NCBI GenBank assembly: GCA_051294375.1
Contig: CM119267.1
Coordinates: 6,596,367-6,660,366 of the forward strand
Source of the DNA: Paraspadella gotoi
Taxonomy: Eukaryota > Animalia > Chaetognatha
Direction of reading: 5' to 3'
Length of the DNA: 64,000 nucleotides
Positions 1 through 12,500 of this stretch are shown here, in pieces (the stretch's first letter is position 1; every line of letters begins with the position of its first letter). The translations under genes were made by a program, and so were the position numbers. The notes below the pieces were generated by a model. It worked only from the letters and a program-made list of their open reading frames with translations, was not told where the DNA came from and did no database searches.

Positions 1-300
1 GAGAAGAGAGAGAGAGAAGAGGAGGGGCAGAAAATGAGCATAAGGATCGTCGCATTGCAAAGAGAGAGAGAGAGAGAGAAAAAGAGGCAGAAAAATGAGC
101 ATAAGGTATGTTGTGATAATGCAAAAGAGAGAAAGAGCAGAAAAAATGAGCATAAGGATCGTCGGCAATTGCAAGTTAGAAAGAGAGGAGAGAAGAGAGA
201 CAGAAAGACATGAGCATAGGATCGTTGCAATTGCAAAGAGAGATAGAGAGAGAGATAGAGATAGAGTAGAGAGAGAGAAAGAGACAGACAGAAGTCGCCG
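1..300 (+). repeat. Tandem units GCATAAGGATCGTCGCAATTGCA + (GA)n
   Basis: The unit recurs at 1-300, ~1245-1300, 3000-3345, ~4280 and ~7835. It is associated with the HINE-like repeat body. Confidence 0.8.
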
Positions 301-1479
301 AGATAAATTAACGAATAAAAAAGTTGTTATTTTTACCTTACTAGAATATAAATATCTTAAAATGCTTACAAAATACATAAAATTGATAAAGTTATTATTC
401 CGATAATCATTTTTTTAATCATCAATGCAATATATATCAAGTAGGCGGGCCAAAATTTTACGCACTTTTTAACTTCTAGTTCTCTCAAAAACTTGGTCTT
501 TTTCCTTCTGACTACTAAATCGATTTTCAATGTAATTTTTGAATTAGTTTCATTGGGTTTGTGGCACTGATTGATTATTCAAACAAATGAAAAATTGTAC
601 ATTTGATTTTTGAAGAGTTTTAGCTTAAATTAATAGGAGATAGATTGGACTGAGTTAGTGGATTCAAATTTCCAAAGGTTTGTAGATAAAACTAAGAGCG
701 AGCTTATATTGCTTAAGTTGTTTTAAGTTTTCGATAATTACAATAATGTTTAAAAACCTTGTATTATACCTATCTATATTCAAAGAATCAGATCATAAAA
801 AATAATAATAGGCAAATTTTAAAAATTATTTTATTTCAATATTTCGCGTTAACCATTATTTATTTGAGAGAACTTTAGTTTTCAACCATGTTCCGGCCTA
901 ATTATCAGTAAGGGCGGGCCAATATTGAAATTACTTTTTATAACTTCTAAGTTCTCATTTAAAAATTTTTTTTCCCTTTACTATTAATCGGTAGTTTCGA
1001 ATGTTAACTGTTTTGAATTAGTTCATTGGGTTGTCTGCACTGAAGCTTTTAAATATTTATTAAGTATATAATAATTTATATATGAGTTTTGACGGAATTG
1101 TGCCCAGTAGAAATGTTGAGTGTTAGATGGAAAAAGCATAGAGTCACATTATCTTTGAATCTTTAGATATTAATGATTAATAATAATTTGTTTAAAATTT
1201 AAATTAATTAATGTGAAAAATGATGCAAGTTAAAAAAATCTTAAAAGCATAAGATCGTCGGCAATTGCATAAAAAAGAGAGAGAGGAGCCGAGAGAAGAG
1301 AGACATAAAATAAAATAGAAGGATATTTGTTTGGTTTTGAATAAAATGTAAACAAAGACATATTTAATAACTGTCTAACCAGATTTTTAAGGGACAGTGC
1401 GATGATGATAAGTTGAATATAAATTTAAATTAATTATTAACATTAATTATTAATTAATTAATGATAATTACATTAATTA

Positions 1480-2335
1480 TCGTAGGCAGATCCGGTACAT
1501 TGTTTGCTTCAAACTTATTTTTAGTCAAGCAAAAGTCAATGACTTTTCCCTATTATAAATGTTTTATAATATGAACAATGTTTTGGGCGGAACTAATTTA
1601 GGCATATGAATATCTGTAAAGGATAGGTGTCAACCATTTTTGACCTAAATCAAATTAAATAAGTAAGGAAACTATATAGAAAAATAATCTTTTATCATAA
1701 TCAGAAGAAAAAAAGTATCATCATTTTTCCAATTCCGTTTTCAGACTGGACTTTGACTTGCTGTATTCTAACTGGCCTGGAACACAATTAACTTTTCTTG
1801 CACAATCAATAGCTTTTTAAAAAAGCTATACTTTTCAATAAATAGATTTTCTTAAAATTAAAAAAATAGTGGGGGTATTTAAAGCTAACAAGTGTCTACT
1901 TTTTTTGCGTCGGTTTTTATTAGTCTCAGATAATTTTCGAGAATCTCGCAACTTGAATCGAGAGCTAAATTTGCTATTTGCGCGTTTGATTGTAGGGTAG
2001 TCGGCTTTTTCATAGTTCACACCCCGCTATAAGCATGAACCTTCAAGTGCGTGAATCGGTAGCTCAATTGAGCTATTAGCTACCAGGATCAATCGCCCCA
2101 ATGGTTCCTACGCATGCGGGAAGGCTAAAGGCTCGCTGGTAAAAGTTTGACCACCTTGGCGGCTTAGAAACCTAAAGCCTAGTTCCAGCACGCAGGACCC
2201 GTTCCAATCCTTGCTATTACACTTCCCATTGTAATAAATATAATAATAAACAAATATTCAAAAAACCAATAATTCCGAAGTAAGAACAAGTTTGAGCAAA
2301 ACAATTCGGATCTGCCCACGATCGATTAGAGGTAA
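1480..2335. mobile_element. Two facing termini of HINE/DINE-1-like elements
   Basis: GGCAGATCCG..CATTGTTTGCT(T)CAAACTT at ~1484-1516 (+) and its reverse complement AACAAGTTTGAGCAAAACAATTCGGATCTGCCCACG at ~2285-2320. The same terminus occurs at ~14273, ~17141 and ~24402. Confidence 0.65.
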
Positions 2336-5300
2336 TTAATTAATTAATTAATTAATTCCAAAATGTTTGTTTTTGGGAATCTTTTTGTCAAATGACACTA
2401 GAGTGATGTAGAAAATGATAAAATTTTAGAAAATTANNNNNNNNNNNNNNNNNNNNNNNNNAGAAAATTAAAAATTAGCATATAAAATATAAAAATAAAA
2501 ACTAATAAAAATATTATGGTAAATTTATTTTTAAATTTTGTAAGTGGGCAACAGTAAGCTATAAGTAAATAATAAACTAAAAGGAGAGAGGATTTCATTA
2601 ATTGGATTGGATAGTGTGTGGTAGAAAAATGTGTATCGATTGCCTATATAAAGTACGGTGGAAACGTACTAGTGGAATGATTTAAATTGAAAAAAAATGA
2701 GTCATCATTTACTTTGAATCTTTTACTATTTACCCATAAAATGAGGAAAATTTTGTGAGCGGTAGGAAAGTGTGTGAAGGCTAGATATAGAGTTTTGATG
2801 GAATTGTTGCCAGTGAAATGAGTTTAAATGGAAAAAACATACAGTCACATTTACTGAATCTTTTATTTATGATGTACTAAATGTACTGAAAATGTTATAA
2901 CAATTAATTAATTAATGTGAAAAATGCATGCAATTTAAAAAAATTATGCAATTGCAAAGAATGATGCAACAGAAAATAGCAAGTTAAAAAAATCCTAAAA
3001 GCATAAAGGATCGTCGCAATTGCAGAGAGAGAGAGAGAGAGAGAGAGATAGGAGAGAGAGAGAGAGAAGAGAGAAAGCAGAAAAATGAGCAATAAGGATC
3101 GTCGCAATTGCAAAGAGAGAGAGAGAGAGAGAGGAAAAAGAGCAGAAAAATGAGCTATAAGGTATCGTTGGATATGCACAAGAGAGACAAGAGCAGAAAA
3201 AATGAGCATAAGGATCGTCGCAATTGCAAGGTAGAAAGAGGGAGAGAAGAGAGACAGAAAGAATGAGCATAGGATCGTTGCAATTGCATAAGAGAGAATA
3301 AGAGAGAGATAGAGAAGAGTAAGAGAGAAAGAGACAGACAGAAGTCGCGAGATAATTAACGAATAAAAAGTTGTTATTTTACCTTACTAGAATATAAAAC
3401 TTAAAATGCTTACAAAATAATAAAATTGAGTAAAGTTATTATTCCGATAATCATTTTTTTAATCCAATGCAATATACAAGTAAGCGGGCCAAAAATTTTA
3501 CCACTTTTTAAGCTTCTAGTTCTCTCAAAAACTTTCTTTTTTCCTTCTGACTATAAATCGATTTTCATGTAATTTTTTGAATTAAGTTCATTGGGTTGTT
3601 GTGCACTGCTGTAAGTATTCAATATAACAAATGACAAAAATGTACATTTTTGTTTGTGAAAAGGTTTAGCTTATTAAGTAGATATAATGTGCTGTTGTTG
3701 ATTCAAATTTATATGTTATGAATGATAAAACAGAAGTAGCGGAGTCTTATTTGCTTAATTTTTAAAGTTTCGATTATTATAATTAAATTGTATTATAACT
3801 TATCTCTATTATCATTGTATATCAGATTATAGAAGAAATTAATTAAAGGTCAAAATTTTAAAAAATTATTTTCTATTTTCATATTTCGCTTAACCATTAT
3901 TTATTTGAAGAGAACTTCTAGTTTTCACCAATGTTCCGGCCTAATTTTAGTAAGGGCGGGCCAATATTAGAAATTATTTTTATAACTTCTGTTCTCATTT
4001 AAAAATTTTTTTTTCCTTTACTATTAAATCGGAGTTTCGAATGGTAATTTTTGAATTAGTTCATTGGGTTGTTGCACTGAAGCTTTTAAATATTTCATTA
4101 AGTATATAATAATTATATAGAGTTTTGACGGAATTGTGCAGTAGAAATGTGTGTTAGATGGAAAAAGCCATAGAGTCACATTATGCTTGTGAATCTTTAG
4201 ATATTCAATGAATAATAAGTAATTTTTAAAATTTAATTAATGTAATGTGAAAAAAATGATGAAGTTAAAAAAATCTTAAAAGCATAAGATCGTCGGCAAT
4301 TGCATAAAAGAGAGAGAGCAGAGGAGCGAGAGAGAGAGGAGACATAAAATAAAATAGAGGATATTTGTTTGTTTTGAATAAAATGTAAACAAAAACATAT
4401 TTAATAACTGTCGCTAACCAGATTTTAAGGACAGTGCGATGATGATAAGTTGAATATAAATTATAAATTAATTATTACATTTAAATTATTAAAATTAATC
4501 GATAATTACATTAATTATCGTAGGCCAGATCCGTACATTGTTTGCTTTCAAACTTGATTTTTAGTCAACAAAAGTCAATGACTTTTCCCTATTATAAATG
4601 TTTTATAATATGAACAAATGTTTTGGCGAACTAATTTAGCATATGAATATCTGGTAAGGATAGGTGTAACCATTTTTGACCTAAATCAAATTAAATAAAG
4701 TAAGAAACTATATAGAAAAATAATCTGTTATCATTAATCAGAAAAAAAAGTATCATCATTTTTACCAATTCCGTTTTCAGACTGGACTTTGACTTGCTGT
4801 ATTCTACTGGCCTGAACACAATTAACTTTTTCTTGACACAATCAATAGCTTTTTAAAGAAAGCTATAACTTTTCAATAATAATTTTCTTAAAATTAAAAG
4901 AAAATAGTGGGGGTATTTAAAGCTAACAAGTGTCTACTTTTTTTGCGCGGTTTTATATTAGTCTCAGATAATTTTCGAGAATCTCCAACTTGAATCGAGA
5001 GCTAATTTGCTATTTGCGGTTTGATTGTAGGGTAGTCGGCTTTTCATAGTTCACCCCCCGCCTATAAGCATGATACCTTCAAGTCGTGAAATCGGTAGCT
5101 CAATTGAGTATTAGCTACCAGGATCAATCGCCCAATGGTTCCTACGCATGCCGGGAAGGCTAAGCTCGTGTAAAAGTTTGAACCACCTTGGCGGCTTAGA
5201 ACCCTAAAGCCTAGTTCCAAGCACGCAGGACCCGTTCCAATCCTTGCTATTACAACTTCCCATTGTAATAATATAATAAGATAAACAAATATTCAGAAAA

Positions 5301-5879
5301 ACCTATAATTCGAAGTAAGGAACAAGTGTTGAGCAAAACAATCGGATCTGCCCACGATCGATTAGAAGTGAATTAATTAATTAATTAATTAATTCCTAAC
5401 CGAAGTTTGTTTTGGATCTTTTTGTCAAATGACACTAGAGTGATGTAGAAAATGATAAAATTTTAGAAAATTAAAAAATTAGCATATAAAATATAAATAA
5501 AAATAATAAAAATATTAGGTAAATTTATTTTTAAATTATTGTAAGTGGGGCAACATAAGAAGCTTAAGTAAATAATAAACTAAAATTTTTAAAAAATGTA
5601 AATTTTTTAAATTTTAAAGATCGGATTTAAGATTCCTTGCAAAAAGTTAATATAAAGAAAGTATAATTTCTTTTTTAAAAAATTTTGTANNNNNNNNNNN
5701 NNNNNNNNNNNNNNTTAAGTTGGTCAAAAATATAAAAAACTATATTTAAGATGCTGATTTTTAATTTCCAGAACTACAGATCAGTATTAGTTAATATGAT
5801 AGTTTATAAGATTTAACTGCTAAATTTTGATTCCAATCTTTCACATCACCCTAATAACTATGACAAAAGCAACGTCGAT

Positions 5880-6356
5880 TAATTAATACATCTTGTGTTT
5901 ACATTTAATATAAAAGGAAAAAAAAGCATCAATTCGTGAAACAGGTTTTTGTTTTTTCCATTTAAACTCATTTCCACTGAGACGATACCATCCAAACTTA
6001 ATTTCCAGCTTAATCACACACTTTCCTACCCACATACAAAATTTAAAGTCAATCACCCCATCCAAATAGTGAAATAGATTTTTTGTTTTTTCAATTTAAA
6101 CTCATTTCCACTTGCATTTCTATCGAAACTTTATATCCAGCTCAATCACACACTTCCCTACCCACACACAAAATTTCATTACAATCCATCCTTATTACGA
6201 GTAATTGGAGTTTTTTGCTAAGGTGGGACGGCCAGACGGACGGACATTTTTTTTGCATAATTTATCATAATTCAAAGTTCTAATATGATAATAATGATTT
6301 ACCCACAAGATTTCGGGGTGGGACCGACAAAATGAATTATAGAGTCGGAATCTATC
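5880..6356 (-). mobile_element. 5' portion of a HINE/DINE-1-like element (reverse orientation)
   Basis: Reverse complement of the 10646 element start: AGATTCCGACTCTAT, GTCGGTCCCACCCC, (GTCC)n microsatellite and core repeat. Confidence 0.75.
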
Positions 6357-6526
6357 TATAAAAATTTAAAAAATATATATATTTATATAATTAAATAATA
6401 TAAATTAAATAATAAAACTTTAAATATTAATATTAAATATAAAAATTATAAAAAATAAAACAAGTATTTTTTGCAATTTTTATAAATAATTATTTGTTTA
6501 TGAAGTAAAAATCTTATTTTAGATTT

Positions 6527-9500
6527 TTATATAGGCCAAAAAATTGCTAAGTAGTATTGATCAAAAACATTAAAATAACTGGTCCCAAATGCGCAAGTCA
6601 ATTCATATCTAAATCCTATAATAATAATACCTGGAAATACATCCTGGTTATTGGGCAAAATCTTTTTTATACCAAAACTACCAATTACAAATACAACATT
6701 TTTTTTCCAAAGAATTAAACCATTAAAATCAACAGTTGGGATCATCTGAAATTTCTGAACTTCAACTTCTGCTTCATCTTTTGTCTTGGCTTCCAATTTA
6801 AAAACAGAAGGGATTGTGTGAGCCACTTTCATTGTTACAGTAGTGTAAAAAATATAATAATCCGACAAATAGTGACCGTAGCCAAGTACAGTCGTCTTCC
6901 AGTCTGAAATGTTTACTGCGATTTATGGCGGAGGTGCTTTACTTGTACGACTCCATCAAACCAATATTCTGTACTGGGTTTTATTCCAGTGGTCGTCCGT
7001 TACGTAAGCAAAGGTCATAGTAATTTTTGTTTTCTTTTTCTACTATGGTTTTTGTTTGCTCAGACTTGCGGTAGCCGTCCAAATTCAAATTTTAATAGGA
7101 ACAGCATTAAACAAATCCATTATTAGTATTAGTTATTGTGTTAAAATTTTTTTTTCAAAAATGTTCTAAACCTCGAGTAATTTGCGAATTAAAATTATTA
7201 TAATATTAAAAAAATTATTTTGTTATTTTAAGTTTTTTTAATTGATTCTGATAAAGCTAAAAAAGTTAAGCAAAAAATGTAATTACAATTTTTTTTATGT
7301 TTTATTACTCAAAATATTTTAAAAAAATATACTTTGAGTAAATAAGCTATCAGAATTTGCTTTTAAAAATACCAAAAAAAATGTTTGACATTTTTTATCT
7401 ATAAATATTAAAAAATTAATTACTAGTGCTTTTAGCCATTTTAAAAAAATTGGTTCCATTAAAAGTTTTCTTAGAAATGATTGACATAGATTGGCCTAAC
7501 TCAAGACTTAATTATATTCTATGATTGTTGATTACGATTGTACTGAATCAACCTTGTATTCAAATAACATCGATTAATGAGGTGGAGCGAAGCGCCCAAC
7601 GCTAATACTAATAGGGTCCACGCCCCAGCATCATAATTCATACGTCAGGACCCAGCGGCTGAGCAATAAGGCGGAACAGATTACCAACTAGCAAAAGTCC
7701 GGTATAAATATTGTTAATGTGTTTATTAAAGATCATGAAAATAAAAATCTTAAAAGCATAATTTTACGAGTTCAATCCTAATTCAATTTTTTTCTTAATA
7801 AAAACGTAGAGAGAGAGAGAGAAAAAAAATCTTAAAAGCATATGGATCGTCGCAATTGCATAACAAAAATCTGTATTGACGACAAATTTTGATACTAAAA
7901 AAATCAAATTTGAGAAAAATAAAGGAAAAAAAATAAAGAATAATAAATATAAAACAGTAAAATAACTTATTTTCGAGTTTAATTTTTAGCAAGTGCTAAG
8001 TCTGGAGAGACATTATTGAAGGTACTTTTGTTTTACTTTTAGCCCACATAAGCAAGCAGTTTGATCGAATGCGACCTCTCTAAACACTCAGCATTCCCAG
8101 ACAAAAGACAAAGTGAAACTTGAATCAGACTGACGCAGTGAAGTAATGACTAAAGTGAAGTAAAATGAAGTAAAGTAAAATAAAATAATAAAGTAAATAT
8201 ATATTAAAAAAATATTATTCTGATTGATATTTAGAATATTTAGGAATAAAAATCCACCGAAAATCTCGGATGGAAATTTGGGAATAAAATGCGATAATAA
8301 AAAAATANNNNNNNNNNNNNNNNNNNNNNNNNNNNNNNNNNNNNNNNNNNNNNNNNNNNNNNNNNNNNNNNNNNNNNNNNNNNNNNNNNNNNNNCAACGA
8401 CAACAACAACAACAACGACGACGCCACTTATGCATAAAAGCGTTACAATATCGTAGCAAACGCTCAGCGATTGCGACGATAAAAATATAATGGATAAATT
8501 TTAATTTTTTTATCGGATTCTAATAAAGCTTAAAAAGGTTATTATTACAACTTTTTGAAATTTTAATATTTTGTCTATAAAAATTATCAGAACTATCAAA
8601 TTTATTGAATAATGATGATGATAATGATTTTTGAAGGTTTGCTTGGCTCAATTTATAAATTTGTTAATCTTTATCACGAATCCATTTTTAATACACAATT
8701 TTAGAAATTTCCAAAAAAATTTCTTTGCTACAACATTTCTTATCTGTGGTATAATCTTTCTTTCTCTATTGTTCTTGTAATAATTAGAAGAGTTTGAAAA
8801 TGAATTTTCAAACAACGATTTTATTTTAATAAAAACGGACATGTTTCGGGCTTAACTACAAAGCCTTCATCAGCATTAAAAAAGTTAGTGAACTTTGAAA
8901 CAATCAGTTATATGCATAAGAAAGAGTGTAGAGAGGGAGAGAGGCAAAGTTTCCAAACACCAGAGTTGAGAAAGGATAGTGGTCAATTGTGAGGACAGAT
9001 TAAGGTGAAAACAATAGAGCCAGTTTGTGAAAGAAATTGAAATGGTGAGAGAGAGAGAGAGAGAAGGAGAAGGAGAGAGTGAGAGAAACTTAAAAATAAT
9101 ACATTTGTGCAATGTACAACAAAGATAAATATTGTTAAAAACTTAATGATTAGTGTTAACAATTAACTACTGTGAATAAATAAGTTAGTGAAGATAAATT
9201 GTGAAATTTGAAGGAAATAGAGGTGAGGGATAGTTAAGCAATTATTATTATAGTGAAGTATAAGAGTTAAGATAGAGCTCAAAGCCAGAGAGACATCAGA
9301 GTAGCCTTGGTATCTTCCGCAAGGAAGCCTCCCTAACGCCGCACACATAGGCTCAACGATTTTGTCCTCACAGCCACTGACGCGTCAATGACCCAACCAC
9401 ATCGATCAGGCCTTTCATTTGCACAAGCCAAGGGGGGCCAGCTCACTTTGAGCTCTATCTTAACTCTTATACTTCACTATAAAATAATTGCTTTAACTAT

Positions 9501-12500
9501 CCCTAACCTCTATTTCCTTCACATTTCAAATTTCACAATTTCATCTTCACTAACTTATTTATTCACAATTGTTAATTGTTAACACTAATCATTAAGTTTT
9601 AAACAATATTTATCTTTGTTGTACATTGCACAATGTATTATTTTTCAAGTTTCTCTCTCTCTCTTCTCTCCTTCTCTCTCTCTCTCTCTCTCTCTTACCA
9701 TTTCAATTTCTTTTCACAAACTGGCTCTATTTTGTTTCACCTTAATCTGTCCTCACAATTGACCACTATCCTTTCTCAACTCTGTGTTGGAAAACTTTGC
9801 CCCCTCTCTCTCTCTCTCACTCTTTCTTTATGCACATAATTTGTTTCAAATTCACTAACTTTTTTAATGCTGATGAGGCTTGTAGTTAAGCCAAAACATG
9901 TCCGTTTTTTATTAAAATAAAATCGTTGTTGAAATTCATTTCAAACTCTTCTAACATTTCTTATATATTGTTAAATATTAAAATGCTTCCATGCATGAGG
10001 AAAATTAATTTAATCAAAATCTAAGATCATTAGTCAATGTGGTTGTAAAAGATCAAAAAACTTTTATTGCAGACTATTTTATATTGTAAAAATTGTTAAA
10101 TTATGGCCCGCCATACTGAGCAGCCTATGATAACTGGGGTATCCTATCAGTAGACTCAATCTTACTTTACTAATACTAATAATAAAAAATAGGGAGCTCC
10201 GTCACGGAAACTGAATTGTATAAAATTGGTACAACCAATATAAAAAATGTTCATTAATTTAATAAATAAGCTATTGAAGTGACCGAGAGGAGAGAGGGTC
10301 GCCATGACTCTCTCTGAGTGTGGATACTGGATAGCCCCACATTAATGTGCCCAGTGGGTCTGGGAGGTTTTTCCGTCAGTCAAACCACTCAAGTGTGATC
10401 CCTGATGATGGTATAGGGAGGCAGGAAGATGCCTGCTGTACTCCCATCAGGCTATGTTCAATTCTGACTCTTTGGCTCTTGGTTAGCCGGAGGCAGGCCT
10501 GGCGCCTCGGGAGCGCTGTGGTTAAGCGGGAATGAACGGAGTTGCATGTTCAGGAAGGGCTCAGAGAGGAGAGAGGGTTGCCATGCCTCTCTGTGAGTGT
10601 GGATAGCCCCCACACTTAGTGTGCCCAGTGGGTCTGGGAGGTTTTTAGTCGGATCTGCTTATCAGCAGATTCCGACTCTATAATTTATATAATTCACTTT
10701 GTCGGTCAGTCGGTCCCACCCCAAAATCTTATCGGTAAATAATTTTTATCACATTAGAACACCATATTATGCTAAATTAAGCCAAAAAACGATGTCCGTC
10801 CGTCCGTCCGTCAGTCTGAAGTTCCATCCCACCTTTTCATTAAACTCCAATTACTCATGATTGGATGGATGGATTGTAATGAAACTTTGTGTGGGGTTAG
10901 GAAATTGTATGATTGAACTGGATATAAAGTTTCGATGAAATCGTGCAAGTAGAAATGAGTTTAAATGGAAAAAAAAAGTCACATTAATTTAAATATTTTT
11001 ACTAATTTTAACTCATAATTACTTGAATAAATTATAATTGGAAGGATAGATTGAGATTAAATTTTGTGTGTGGGTAGGAAAGTGTGTGATTGAGCTTAAT
11101 ATAAAATTTCGATGTAATCGTGCAAGTGGAAATAAGTTTAAATGGAAAAAACCATAAGTCACTTTTATTTGAATCTTTTTAATAATATTAATCCATAATT
11201 AATTGAATTAATCATAATTGGATGGATAGATCTTGAGATTAAATTTTGTGTGTGGTAGGAAAGTAATGATTGAGCCACGATATAAAGTTTTCGCTGGAAT
11301 CGAGGAGTGGAAATGAGTTTTTAATTATTTATGCTTACTCATAATTAATTAATTTATTAAAACATTAAGTGAAAAAATGATGCACTTTGAAAAAAAGTGA
11401 TGCAAGTTAAAAATTATGCATATTAAAAATGATGCAAGTTGAAATATTGATGCAAGTTGAAAGAATGATCCAAGTTAAAAGTATGATGCAAGTTGAAAGA
11501 ATGATGCAAGTTGAAAAGAAATGATGCAAGTTGAAAAAATGATTCAAGTTGAAAAAATGAATGCGAGTTTAAAAAAATAATGTAGGTTCAAAAAATTAAT
11601 GCAAGTTAGAAAAAATGGAGCATGATAAAAAAAATGATGGCAAGTTAAAAAAGATGAACTTGAAAAAAATGATTTAAGTTGAAAAAATAATGCAGGTTCA
11701 AAAAATGAAGCAAGTTTAAAAAATGGATGCGAATTTGAAAAATGATGCGTGTTAAAAAAATTATGCAAATTTGAAAAATGATGCGAGTTAAGAAAATGAT
11801 GCGATTGAGAAAATGATAACAGTCCGGTCTTGGCTTTCCTTCATAAGTCCAGGGAAGCTATATCTTCTATAAATAATGAATTGGAATGACTTGATATGCA
11901 TGTGTGGGATGGAACTCGGTATGGTCTATTCCCATTCTATATTTCAAAAAAAAATTTTGAAGTTTTGTTTTTGGACCATCATTTTTGTAAAAAAATTTAA
12001 TTTGTATACTGTGCTCAAAATACTTGAACGATATAATTTTTTTCTCAGTAAAATTACTCTAACATTACTTGGTCTAAATGGTAAAGTGTTAGGCTGAAAA
12101 AAAAATATTATTTATTAATTTATGCATAGTTGCTAATTATAATAATTAGGCCTTATTAGTTATTTTTTATTTATTAGTTAAACTTTTTATTATAGAAATT
12201 AATAGTTGATTGATAGGCAATTTTATTCCTGTAATCAATTATAAATTTTTTTATAAATTAACTAAATAGTGATTTTTAATATATTACTACAAAATATATT
12301 TTTTTGAATAATTAAGCGGTAATCAAATAAATAAAATAATACTATAGTAAAAATAATTAAAAATAAAGTACAAATTATTTTTTTAACTATTATTTTATTT
12401 TTTTCATTTGCTTCATTTTTTTTTTACTGCATCATTTTTTCAACTTGCATCATTTTTATCGTCGCAATCGCTAAGCGTTTGCGACGATATTGTAACGCTT

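Larger units (their letters stand above)
1..5585. repeat. ~2.6-kb block present twice (1-2583 and ~3055-5585), probably assembly redundancy
   Basis: The two copies are colinear and differ mainly by scattered 1-bp indels. The first copy contains a 25-N gap (2437-2461) and another 25-N gap follows the second (5690-5714). Confidence 0.85.
8785..9955. mobile_element. Inverted pair of Penelope-like pseudo-LTRs (~500-bp arms, ~160-bp spacer)
   Basis: 8785-9284 is the reverse complement of ~9446-9955. Each arm carries a minimal hammerhead motif, as described for Penelope-like element LTRs. Confidence 0.7.

Noticed and set aside
1880-2225. Possible solo LTR (also ~24445-24695)
   Set aside because: One TGT/ACA-type end and AATAAA are present, but I found no second defined end or TSD.
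95-3270. ORFs rich in R/E or L/S
   Set aside because: They are translations of GA/CT microsatellite repeat units.
10400-10435. CTGATGA as a hammerhead core
   Set aside because: No stem II followed by GAAA and no cleavage triplet.
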